A stretch of DNA of 64,000 nucleotides from Candidatus Aegiribacteria sp. (GCA_013138965.1 WTBT01000050.1:4658-68657); one strand, 5' to 3'; shown: positions 18,038 to 25,756, counted from the stretch's first letter. Program-made: numbers and translations. Notes: generated by a model from the sequence alone, not told the origin.

Positions 18038-19234
18038 ATGTCTAACAGGATAGATTTGTATAACTTCGGTGATGGTGGTGGGGATTTCGATAAGAACAAC
18101 CCTTTCTATTTGTACAAGCAGAAATGGGCTCCTGAAATTCTGTTTGAGATCGCAAATGCAAATAGCTATGAATTAACAATTTATGATATTGCATCAAAAT
18201 TAGGCACTAGCCCAGTTGATTTGGATAAGTTGCTATCCAATATGGAAAAGATTGCCATGGTGACGAAGAAACAGGACAGGTATTCAGTGTCTTTCTTTGT
18301 CATACTAGAGAAGGATCTTCCCATAATAGACAATCTTAGCAGCGCAATTGCTCTCAGGCTAAGTCAAAAGATTTTGAGATATAAGCAGGAAATCCAAAAT
18401 TATACCTCCAAGATCAAATGCTTGGATGAATTTGGCTATGGTAGAATCCTATATCATGTGATTGGTTGTGATATTTTTGATGGGACCAGTTTCTCTGAAT
18501 TCAGCAAGAGGGGTATCTTAAGTATCTCAAAACCTCAGTACGATCATAGAGACTACATTCTTATTGGTTTTGAGCAGAACGAAGTTGTAGCATGCTCAAG
18601 TGACAAGATACTTTGCAGCCGCAACTGTAAAGGAGCAGGCAGCGTAGAATTCGCGAGTTTCGGGGACAGCAATGGTAATAGACAAGACATGTTCAGATTT
18701 ATGAGACAAGTAATCTCGCAGCTGATAGATGTTACCCCAAACCTGAGCCTGAATTCTTCATACATACATATCCTTGAACAGCAAAATCAGCATTTAGCTC
18801 AGGTATGCGCTGAATTAGTTACAAAGGTTCTTTATGAAGAAAAATCAGTTTCATCCTTTTCGGATGAAGAGAATGATGCTCTAAAATTCCTTGAGGAGTT
18901 GAAATACATCGAAATTGATGAATCTGGTGGGGTAAGAGTAGTGGTTCCATTGTTTGATGGAGACGATGCAAAAGCGATAGATGATGTCTCAAACTACTTG
19001 ATTGAGTTAATCGGGGATGACGTAGCAAGGGAATTCAGCAATCTAAAAGTGAAAATGCAAGGATTATCTGCTTTGTCGCATGGAGTGGATGAAAAAGAAA
19101 TCGCTAATGGATTATGGCATCAGGTATTCGGAAATATAAATGAGAATTTGGTTCTGGAAGGATTATTTGCATCTCCCGAATCAAGAACTGGAGAAGGACG
19201 ATATTTCCAGGCAATCTACATCAGAGGAAATTGA
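18038..19234 (+). CDS. Hypothetical protein with a putative N-terminal winged-helix domain, in an AT-rich gene
   Basis: 398-aa ORF. WAPEILFEIANANSYELTIYDIASKLGTSPVDLDKLLSNMEKIAMVTKK looks like an HxlR/MarR-type wHTH. The rest is unrecognised. Visibly AT-richer than the flanks. Confidence 0.5.
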   Translation: MSNRIDLYNFGDGGGDFDKNNPFYLYKQKWAPEILFEIANANSYELTIYDIASKLGTSPVDLDKLLSNMEKIAMVTKKQDRYSVSFFVILEKDLPIIDNLSSAIALRLSQKILRYKQEIQNYTSKIKCLDEFGYGRILYHVIGCDIFDGTSFSEFSKRGILSISKPQYDHRDYILIGFEQNEVVACSSDKILCSRNCKGAGSVEFASFGDSNGNRQDMFRFMRQVISQLIDVTPNLSLNSSYIHILEQQNQHLAQVCAELVTKVLYEEKSVSSFSDEENDALKFLEELKYIEIDESGGVRVVVPLFDGDDAKAIDDVSNYLIELIGDDVAREFSNLKVKMQGLSALSHGVDEKEIANGLWHQVFGNINENLVLEGLFASPESRTGEGRYFQAIYIRGN

Positions 19235-19341
19235 TTTAGGTCTATGAGTATCGCATTAATTCAATGAAAGAAATAGAATTGCGAACAACTGAATGAAGAA
19301 CCTGCTACAACCGCTTTGGTGTGGGCTTCAGTGATACCCGT

Positions 19342-19360
19342 GCAGGTTATTCAGAGCGTT
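19342..19360. repeat. Left copy of a 19-nt imperfect direct repeat flanking the hicAB cassette
   Basis: gcaggttattcagagcgtt versus gcaggttattcagagtgtt at 20289-20307 (18/19). Confidence 0.8.
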
Positions 19361-19618
19361 GACGAGCAGGACACGGCGACGGTTTGAGCACAAAGAACAA
19401 ACGAAAATCGGGCCCATAGAACAAAAAGCCGTCGCCGAAAAACGAAACCGGAAAAGGACAGAACACAGAAGCTATCGTGCCAGTGATAAAGCCGGTAAGT
19501 ACTATTCGAAGAAAACGTTATGATTACAGGGCGAAAATAGTTCCGCCAACAAATGCAAAGCTATGAGCCAGAGTAATATCTGTGCTGGTTATGCAGGCGT
19601 TAGCATACAAAGAAGGGA

Positions 19619-19647
19619 TTGACAAACAGTATCATTATCGATACTAT
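19619..19647 (+). promoter_or_regulatory. Sigma70-type promoter of hicA, with an overlapping inverted repeat as putative HicB operator
   Basis: TTGACA (19619-19624), 17-nt spacer, TACTAT (19642-19647). The ATG at 19653 is only 5 nt downstream, implying a leaderless or near-leaderless transcript. Inverted repeat agtatc-attatc-gatact lies at 19628-19645. Confidence 0.5.
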
Positions 19648-19652
19648 ATTCT

Positions 19653-19913
19653 ATGGCAAAGCTAGAAACGTTGATAAAGAGAATGAAGGATAACCCGAAG
19701 GATGTTCGATTCCCGGATTTATGTAAGATATGTAAATGCTATTTTGGGGAACCAAGACAATCCGGATCAAGCCATCATGTGTACAAGACACCATAGCAAG
19801 GAGATCCGAGAGTGAACATCCAGAATAAGAAAGGCAAAGCAAAAGCCTACCAGGTTAGACAAGTTCTTCGAGCCATAGAAAGGTTGAGTGAAGAAGATGC
19901 CGCTGAAAAGTGA
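19653..19913 (+). pseudogene. hicA: HicA-family toxin gene interrupted by an in-frame TAG
   Basis: MAKLETLIKRMKDNPKDVRFPDLCKICKCYFGEPRQSGSSHHVYKTP-TAG(19794-19796)-QGDPRVNIQNKKGKAKAYQVRQVLRAIERLSEEDAAEK*. It has the GSxHH and K.YQV..V HicA-like motifs. The 3' end overlaps the hicB start. Confidence 0.55.
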
Positions 19914-20226
19914 TCATTTCACATATAGAGTAACATGGTCCGAAGAAGATCAGGAATATGTTGGTCTATGTACAGAATTCCCTAGCTTGAGCTGGCTTAC
20001 TGAAACTCAGGAATCAGCTCTTGAAGGAATACGACAACTTGTGGCTGATGTTATCTCTGATATGAAGAAGAACAAAGAAAAATTACCAGTTCCGATTTCA
20101 ATCAGGAAATACAGCGGTAAGTTCATGGTGCGGATTCCTCCCGAAGTACATCGAAAAATCGCTGAAATTGCAGCTGAAGAGGGAGTGAGTATCAATCGCT
20201 TAGTAAGCGCAAGATTAGCAAAATAA
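19897..20226 (+). CDS. hicB: HicB-family antitoxin with a C-terminal ribbon-helix-helix
   Basis: FTYRVTWSEEDQEYVGLCTEFPSLSWLTETQESALEGI (HicB fold) and YSGKFMVRIPPEVHRKIAEIAAEEGVSINRLVSARLAK (RHH). Confidence 0.7.
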   Translation: MPLKSDHFTYRVTWSEEDQEYVGLCTEFPSLSWLTETQESALEGIRQLVADVISDMKKNKEKLPVPISIRKYSGKFMVRIPPEVHRKIAEIAAEEGVSINRLVSARLAK

Positions 20227-20227
20227 A

Positions 20228-20634
20228 GTGCTAAAACAGAATGAACCTGACGCATGTGGGCAAGGAGTTGTGCTGAGTGACTCCATACGCAGGTTATTCA
20301 GAGTGTTAGTGGCCGGAGAGCACCTGGATGCACGCGTGGGTTTTTCTAATGAGATGGTTGCAATCTGGGAGCAAAGCGGTGACGAATGGATCCGTCACTG
20401 CATATTCAGCGGCTCCGACCCGCTGATATGCCGTTTCAGCGACATGGACGGTGATGGAATACTGGACATAACCGCCGCCTGGTGGGGTAGAATCGCATGG
20501 TTCGAGTACACCACATACGGCTTCATCGGATGGATGGAGTCCAGCAGACAGGAGAGCTTGAGCCGGGTATCTATTTCTGTCGGCTGGAGACCAGTGAGTT
20601 CAGCGAATCATTGAGGTTGGTGGTTCTGGATTAA
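20228..20634 (+). pseudogene. 5'-truncated, frameshifted remnant of an FG-GAP/VCBS-repeat protein with a T9SS-type C-terminal sorting domain
   Basis: FSDMDGDGILDITAAWWG (FG-GAP-like) in the track frame. The next frame reads GELEPGIYFCRLETSEFSESLRLVVLD* (T9SS CTD-like), ending at 20632-20634. It starts directly after the hicB stop. Confidence 0.4.
20289..20307. repeat. Right copy of the 19-nt imperfect direct repeat flanking hicAB
   Basis: See 19342-19360. Confidence 0.8.
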
Positions 20635-20711
20635 TCGAGTCAGGAACTGATTACGGTGCGTTGGGAAATCAAGATTCCTACTGTTTTTCATCTTACCCCT
20701 CCTGTTTTCTA

Positions 20712-21296
20712 TCATAAGTTGAATTGCTGAACCGCTGCATAGTCCTGATATAGCCTTTCAAGCAGATCAATAAGCTTATCTCCGTACAGCCGGTCAGTTG
20801 CCCAGGCTCCCGCGAGACCCTGAATATCAGGTGATTTTCCTCTGGGAGTTACATAATTGAAACGAGGATCAACCAGATCACCGTTCAAAGGGTCTGACGA
20901 ACCGTAAGCTTTCAAGTGCTGTACATGGGCACGAACACCGGTACACTCATCGGGAAAGGAATGACCCGGCTGACCAGGACCCACAGATCCAAGACCGCAG
21001 AAATTGTTCATCTCCGAACTAACAAGCCCTTGAAAACGAAGGAATCCGGTTTCCAGGCACATCTGCACAAATGCAACATCCGAATTAACCCCTTCGAAGG
21101 CACATTCTGCAATGTACAAAGCTGCAAGGCGAACAACCCTTTGCTCATCCGCATCAGGGTTGTTTTCCATGAAAAAGGAAGCAAGCTGCTCGGACTCCAT
21201 TAAACCGTTACCCATTATCAGCAGAGGCGGATTCAGCCCGGCCATAGCCACGGCTGATAAGAAACAGATAATCGTAAACAGCTTCAACTGCATCAC
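20712..21296 (-). CDS. Secreted glucosaminidase-domain (LytD/FlgJ-like) cell-wall hydrolase
   Basis: Signal peptide. AFVQMCLETGFLRFQGLVSSEMNNFCGLG resembles the glucosaminidase (PF01832-type) core. Confidence 0.5.
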   Translation of the reverse strand: MMQLKLFTIICFLSAVAMAGLNPPLLIMGNGLMESEQLASFFMENNPDADEQRVVRLAALYIAECAFEGVNSDVAFVQMCLETGFLRFQGLVSSEMNNFCGLGSVGPGQPGHSFPDECTGVRAHVQHLKAYGSSDPLNGDLVDPRFNYVTPRGKSPDIQGLAGAWATDRLYGDKLIDLLERLYQDYAAVQQFNL

Positions 21297-21360
21297 CTAC
21301 ATCTCCGGCGAAATCCCCCCGATGAGGAATTTGTGCACGCGTACAAAATCAAGAACAAAG

Positions 21361-22659
21361 TTAAATATTCTCATGAAGCGATTCCATTAACCATTGCCAT
21401 GCAGGAAGAATTTCAACTGTCCTCCCATCCCGCTCAAATGTACTTCTATCATCCGAGGTTATTACAATACATGATGAGGCTCCTGCGTTGGCTCCGGCTT
21501 CAAGAAGACTGTCATATTCCCTCTGCTGATTTGTTTTATCCAGCGCCCAGCAAACCTGTATTGCTTCCCGGCTGTTCTCATCTCCATCTGCTATGAAGTC
21601 GCACTCCCCTCTTCCTCTATAGTAACAGAATTTGCGTCCTCTCCTGAGAAGCTCAGTGGCAACAACGTTTTCCAGAAGTAATCCGAGGTTCTCGGAATAT
21701 GCAAGGGGAATAGCTGCAAAACCGTGATCCATCAGATATACCTTCCTGGGGTTCATTCTTCTTTTATGTGCTGATGGATCGCAAAGTTCACCTGTATGTA
21801 TAAAAAATGCCTCTTCCAGATATGACAGGTAAGCTGATATGGTCTTCTTGCTTGATGATATCCCTTCCGACTTGAGTTTCCCGGTAAACCTTGAAATAGA
21901 GAACAAAGTCGAAAATGAATGGAGAAAATACTCCATCAGCCTTTGCATGGTTGGAGCAGCGTGAATATCGAATCTTTCAACCATATCGTTAAAGAAGACA
22001 GTTCTGAAGTAGGATGATAGAAGCTCACTCCTTCTGAGATTTGATTCCGCAAGAACGACCTCCGGAAACCCGCCTGTCTCCATGTATGATCGAAGCGCAC
22101 CCGACAGCTTTCCGCTCTGCTCCGTGTAAAGCATTGTTCTATCCATATCAATACCTTTGAAGTCCAGGTACTCAGTAAAAGATAAGGGCAGCATTCGGCG
22201 GCTTGTGTGCCTTCCGCGAAGCTCAGTCGACACTTCACGCTCCAATAACCCGGCGTTACTGCCGGAGACAACGATATGGTAACGTCTTCTGTTACAGAGT
22301 GTCCTGATCACCCGGCTCCAGTCAGGAAGACTCTGCACCTCGTCAAGGAAAAGATGGGTCAGTGGTCGATCTGAAAGCTCACTGTGAGCCCGAAGAAACA
22401 GTTCCATATCCCCAGGCACAAGAAACGTGAGCCTGTAGTCCTCGAAGTCAACCAGAAGACTTGAACCCCCCGAGCTTTCCGCCTTTGCAGCCATCTGATA
22501 CATAAGAAATGTCTTCCCAGACCTTCTCGCCCCCACTATAGCAAGCACTGAACCCTTCGGCGCGATTTCGGAGGATGGGCTTCGCCGAACAATAAGGCCG
22601 GGAACAGGCTCTCTTCCGAGCCACTCGGATACTATTGCTTTTGCAGCTTCATAGTTCAT
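21361..22659 (-). CDS. AAA ATPase of the AAA_14/DUF4143 type
   Basis: Walker A is IVGARRSGKTF and Walker B-like is HLFLDEVQ. RBS GGAGGAAAC before ATG 22659. The track N-terminal extension to 22911 is antisense to a gene remnant and is rejected. Confidence 0.7.
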   Translation of the reverse strand: MNYEAAKAIVSEWLGREPVPGLIVRRSPSSEIAPKGSVLAIVGARRSGKTFLMYQMAAKAESSGGSSLLVDFEDYRLTFLVPGDMELFLRAHSELSDRPLTHLFLDEVQSLPDWSRVIRTLCNRRRYHIVVSGSNAGLLEREVSTELRGRHTSRRMLPLSFTEYLDFKGIDMDRTMLYTEQSGKLSGALRSYMETGGFPEVVLAESNLRRSELLSSYFRTVFFNDMVERFDIHAAPTMQRLMEYFLHSFSTLFSISRFTGKLKSEGISSSKKTISAYLSYLEEAFFIHTGELCDPSAHKRRMNPRKVYLMDHGFAAIPLAYSENLGLLLENVVATELLRRGRKFCYYRGRGECDFIADGDENSREAIQVCWALDKTNQQREYDSLLEAGANAGASSCIVITSDDRSTFERDGRTVEILPAWQWLMESLHENI

Positions 22660-22792
22660 TGTTTCCTCCGAGAAACAATATATAGTGAAATTGTTTCTCC
22701 AACAACCCCGGAGTTCTCTCTGCAACCCGGTTAAACCTTCTTGAACGGTTCCTCCGTTTAAACACATAGGTGACTTGTGTAAGCCATAGCCA

Positions 22793-22913
22793 ATGACCCT
22801 TGACATTCTACATTCAACGGAAAATCTTCCAATTGATGTTAAGTCCGGAGCAGCTGGAAGCTTGAAAAGCCTGCCGGAACAGAAACTGGAGTTTTTGCCA
22901 TTATATAGCACTG
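22793..22913 (+). pseudogene. Collapsed, multiply deleted copy of the promoter and 3' end of the ATPase gene at 50675-52003
   Basis: 22793-22810 is identical to 50616-50633 (atgacccttgacattcta). 22811-22872 is homologous to 51777-51840, with 35 nt identical at 22838-22872. 22865-22913 is identical to 51905-51953 (49 nt). The junction falls at the shared octamer aaaagcct. Confidence 0.6.
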
Positions 22914-22926
22914 AAGAAAGGGGAAA

Positions 22927-23508
22927 ATGATGAATGTACTGCTGCTGGCGTTATTGATTGTTACACCGGAACAGTGGCCCAGAATCGCGCTTTCGCAGCC
23001 ATCCATAGAATTCCTGGGCTGGCAGTCAGACACCGCAGCAGTCCTTGAAACCATATATCACGATCTTGCCGCAGAATATGAATACCGGCTTGTACAAATC
23101 ACCCCTGATTCCTCATGGACAGTTTCTTCTCCGCAGAAAACAGCCCTGGACACGGGAACAGTGGTATCCTGCATGCAGAGCATTCAGGATGGAACTGCCA
23201 CGTATTTGCTTGAGGTCGATGCCTCGGAAGCCGATCTTGAATTCATGTGCAATGCGTGCATTAATTTTGAAGAATACCTGGACCATCCACCACTGGTTCC
23301 AGTTGAGATGAGAATTATCAGAGCCGCCACCGGCGAAGAGCTCTGGCAAGAAGACAGAGAGCTAACCTGGTTCGGAGGTGAGTGCGCACCGATATTCAGC
23401 CTGCCGGTTCTTGACATGGCTGTTCTTTCACCGGACGGTAACTATCTTTTCTTCAGCATTCTATACGGTCCGTACATGGAGTACTTTGTTACAGGTATAG
23501 AGAACTAA
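22927..23508 (+). CDS. Hypothetical protein
   Basis: 193-aa ORF with a hydrophobic N-terminus. No family recognised. Confidence 0.4.
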   Translation: MMNVLLLALLIVTPEQWPRIALSQPSIEFLGWQSDTAAVLETIYHDLAAEYEYRLVQITPDSSWTVSSPQKTALDTGTVVSCMQSIQDGTATYLLEVDASEADLEFMCNACINFEEYLDHPPLVPVEMRIIRAATGEELWQEDRELTWFGGECAPIFSLPVLDMAVLSPDGNYLFFSILYGPYMEYFVTGIEN

Positions 23509-23773
23509 ACGCAAACCAATGCTTCAAATAGATCCCGAGCTGGTGCAGCGACCATGCCGACCTGGCAAAGTCCTCGAACAGGGCTCCGTCGTCACAGATA
23601 CACAGATCGTTAATCCCCTGATCCTGAGCCTGTTCTACAAGAAACTTGATCCACTCCTCCCGGTCCTCGCCTTCCTTTTCCTCCACATGTACCAGTTCAA
23701 GATACCACTGATAGACTGGAGACTTCCTGCACAGCGCCTGCAGCGACCTGCAGTGTTCGTTATCACCGAACAC
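23489..23773 (-). CDS. Hypothetical small protein, doubtful
   Basis: 94-aa ORF with a GTG start and no recognisable motif. The frame is open a few codons further upstream (KIRVLVFGDNEH). Confidence 0.2.
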   Translation of the reverse strand: MFGDNEHCRSLQALCRKSPVYQWYLELVHVEEKEGEDREEWIKFLVEQAQDQGINDLCICDDGALFEDFARSAWSLHQLGIYLKHWFAFSSLYL

Positions 23774-23952
23774 CAGTACCCGGATCTTACCTTCTCATGA
23801 AGGGTCGAATCAGCAGGCGGAAGACGTACGGAAATGCATCAACCCGTAAAAGAAAGAAAGTAGAACCCCGCCAGACAGAAGAACGAGATGACCACGATAA
23901 ATCTGCTATGCATGAAGTAATCCGAAGGCAGACGGAACAGGAACATCACAAC

Positions 23953-24001
23953 GTGGAATTCCTTGCCACTTTACCTGTTAACAGCGTTGACGGAACTCTG
24001 A
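23953..24001 (+). pseudogene. Diverged dacB 3' fragment with an internal deletion (putative element-borne att arm)
   Basis: 49 nt with 43 identical to dacB 17608-17656, then joined directly to the 79-bp repeat. Relative to dacB, 180 nt (60 codons, KSRM...QDNL) are missing. Track ORF 23797..24027 reads through it. Confidence 0.6.
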
Positions 24002-24076
24002 TATCATGGTTCTGGGAGAATTACTGACCGAAAAGGGATTTGATTCGGAGCCGGAGGGGAGTGACAAGGGATTCAA
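23998..24076. repeat. Right copy of the perfect 79-bp direct repeat (putative attR core) covering the GT2 3' end
   Basis: Identical to 17833-17911. It contains both a dacB-type stop (tga 24025-24027) and the real GT2 stop (tta 24021-24023 on plus). Confidence 0.9.
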
Positions 24077-24737
24077 TGAATACCTGCATCGAAACCTTGG
24101 AATCCCCACTTTCTCTTTCTACGAAAACTATGGGCACTTCACCGATATCCGTACCGTTTTTCCAGACATCGTAAAGGGTTTCCACAAGAAACGCGTACCC
24201 TGAGGATTTGATATCCGAAGAGAGTAGCAACGGGAGCAGGCCAGAGTGAAAGCCTCTGAAGCCGCTTGTGCAGTCGCTGAAAGGCATTCCGGTCAGTAAT
24301 CTGATATACAGGTTCGCTGAATAACTGAGATTAAGCCTGATGATGGACCAGTTCAGTACGCTGACACCTTTCAGATACCTGGAGCCCACTACAAAAGCAT
24401 GATCATCAAGCGCACTGTCAATCTCTTTGAGGTGCATCGGCTGATGGGACAGATCGGCATCCATCATGAATATCCTGTCCCAACGGTCTGATTCGTAAAC
24501 CCTCTGGAAAGCTTCTCTGTACGCCTGTCCCAGCCCCTCCTTGACCTTCTTGTTCAGTAGCTGGACACCCGGATCCTTTTCCATCAGGTTCTGGATCCGC
24601 CGCGCGGTTCCATCAGGTGAACTGTCATCTATGAACATCAGATCGTAGCTGCATTCCCTGCGGATACTGTCATAAAGTGGCTGGATATTCTGTACTTCGT
24701 TGTATGTGGGAATAAGTATGATCCGACTGCGCTTCAG
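24021..24737 (-). CDS. GT2 glycosyltransferase, polyprenol-phosphate mannosyl/glucosyl transferase (Dpm1-like), start codon uncertain
   Basis: FIDDSSPDGT, KEGLGQAY and MMDADLSHQP motifs. The conserved N-terminal RIILIPTYNE motif lies upstream of the first ATG (24638), in a frame with no ATG/GTG/TTG. The end is set at CTG 24737-24735, which overlaps the efp stop. Confidence 0.65.
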   Translation of the reverse strand: MKRSRIILIPTYNEVQNIQPLYDSIRRECSYDLMFIDDSSPDGTARRIQNLMEKDPGVQLLNKKVKEGLGQAYREAFQRVYESDRWDRIFMMDADLSHQPMHLKEIDSALDDHAFVVGSRYLKGVSVLNWSIIRLNLSYSANLYIRLLTGMPFSDCTSGFRGFHSGLLPLLLSSDIKSSGYAFLVETLYDVWKNGTDIGEVPIVFVERESGDSKVSMQVFIESLVTPLRLRIKSLFGQ

Positions 24738-25297
24738 GATGAAACTCTCTCTAAGTAGCTGTCATTACGGGTATCGATCTTTATCACATCTTTCTCCTGA
24801 ATGAACAGCGGCACCTGAACTGTGAGACCGGTTTGAAGGACAGCAGGCTTGGAACCACCGCTCGCAGTATCCCCTCTCAATCCCGGATCGGTTTTAACCA
24901 CTTCAAGCTCAACAGTATCCGGAGGTTCAAGCATAATTGGTTTATCATCAACAAACGCAATCTTTACCGCGCTGTTCTCAATAAGGTATTTGGATGCATC
25001 TCCGACCAGATCGAAATCAAGATGTATCTGATCATAAGTATCGGGGTTCATGACAACGAATTCAAGATCGGTCATGTAAAGCAGCTCCCAGATCCGGTGT
25101 TCAACTCTTACTTCCGTAACTTTCTCACCGGCTCTCCATGTACGGTCAAGAACCTTGCCTGAAAGTATCTCTTTGAGTCTCGATCTTACGAATGCAGCCC
25201 CTTTTCCGGGGTTGACATGCTGAAACTCTACAATCTGGCAAAGCACTCCAGCCATATCAATAACCATACCACGCCTGAAATCGTTAGTGGTGGGCAC
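24734..25297 (-). CDS. efp: Elongation factor P
   Basis: TNDFRRGMVI...VEFQHVNPGKGAAFVRSRLKE. GTG start 8 nt after GGAGGT. Confidence 0.9.
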   Translation of the reverse strand: MPTTNDFRRGMVIDMAGVLCQIVEFQHVNPGKGAAFVRSRLKEILSGKVLDRTWRAGEKVTEVRVEHRIWELLYMTDLEFVVMNPDTYDQIHLDFDLVGDASKYLIENSAVKIAFVDDKPIMLEPPDTVELEVVKTDPGLRGDTASGGSKPAVLQTGLTVQVPLFIQEKDVIKIDTRNDSYLERVSS

Positions 25298-25300
25298 TGA

Positions 25301-25756
25301 TCATACCTCCGTTTTTTCTGCTAATTCGTACAGGATATTCATGGCGTGAAGATAGCCTCTGACTCCCGCACCCGCTATGAACGCGTCCGCAGCTTGTGCG
25401 GTCACGAGGTTGTTTCTAAAGGAATCTCTTGAAAACACCCGGCTTATATGCACTTCTACAACCGGACCGTCAAATGCTGCCATGGCATCCATGATAGCTA
25501 TTGAATAGTGAGAATACGCCGCCGGATTTATGACTATGCCAAAGGAAGTGCCTGAAGCGCTGTTAATTGCGCTGACAAGCTCACCCTCAATATCGGACTG
25601 GATGTAGTCCGCCGTGAAACCGTCCTTGGAAGCCTTTTCCTTGATCATTTCCAATAGCTCATCCTGGGTAGTGGTTCCATAGTGTTCGGTTTCACGGTTG
25701 CCGAGCTGAGAAAGGTTTGGCCCGTTAATAACAGTAATTGTACGGGAAAGTTTCAT
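25301..25756 (-). CDS. aroQ: Type II 3-dehydroquinate dehydratase
   Basis: ITVINGPNLSQLGNRE..HYG, QSDIEGELV, INPAAYSHYSIAIMDA and VEVHISRVFSRDSFR. Confidence 0.9.
   Translation of the reverse strand: MKLSRTITVINGPNLSQLGNRETEHYGTTTQDELLEMIKEKASKDGFTADYIQSDIEGELVSAINSASGTSFGIVINPAAYSHYSIAIMDAMAAFDGPVVEVHISRVFSRDSFRNNLVTAQAADAFIAGAGVRGYLHAMNILYELAEKTEV

Larger units (their letters stand above)
17833..24076. mobile_element. Degenerate integrated island (about 6.1 kb) bounded by 79-bp direct repeats, with no integrase present
   Basis: Direct repeats at both ends. A diverged dacB-like arm sits on the right side. The cargo is TA genes, pseudogenes and an AT-rich orphan gene. Confidence 0.45.

Noticed and set aside
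22660-22911. 84-codon N-terminal extension of the ATPase ORF (track 21361..22911)
   Set aside because: The extension is the antisense of the collapsed ATPase-gene remnant. A strong RBS precedes ATG 22659, and the protein family starts there.
23840-23950. Minus-strand 36-codon hydrophobic peptide (VMFLFRLPSDYFMHSRFIVVISFFCLAGFYFLSFTG*) as a type I toxin
   Set aside because: No RBS or antisense RNA signature is discernible. Short hydrophobic ORFs arise by chance in such sequence.
23797-24027. 76-aa plus-strand ORF ending in ...ISWFWENY
   Set aside because: It is a read-through of the diverged dacB arm and the 79-bp repeat. The upstream part is highly basic, low-complexity sequence, so this is not a credible gene.
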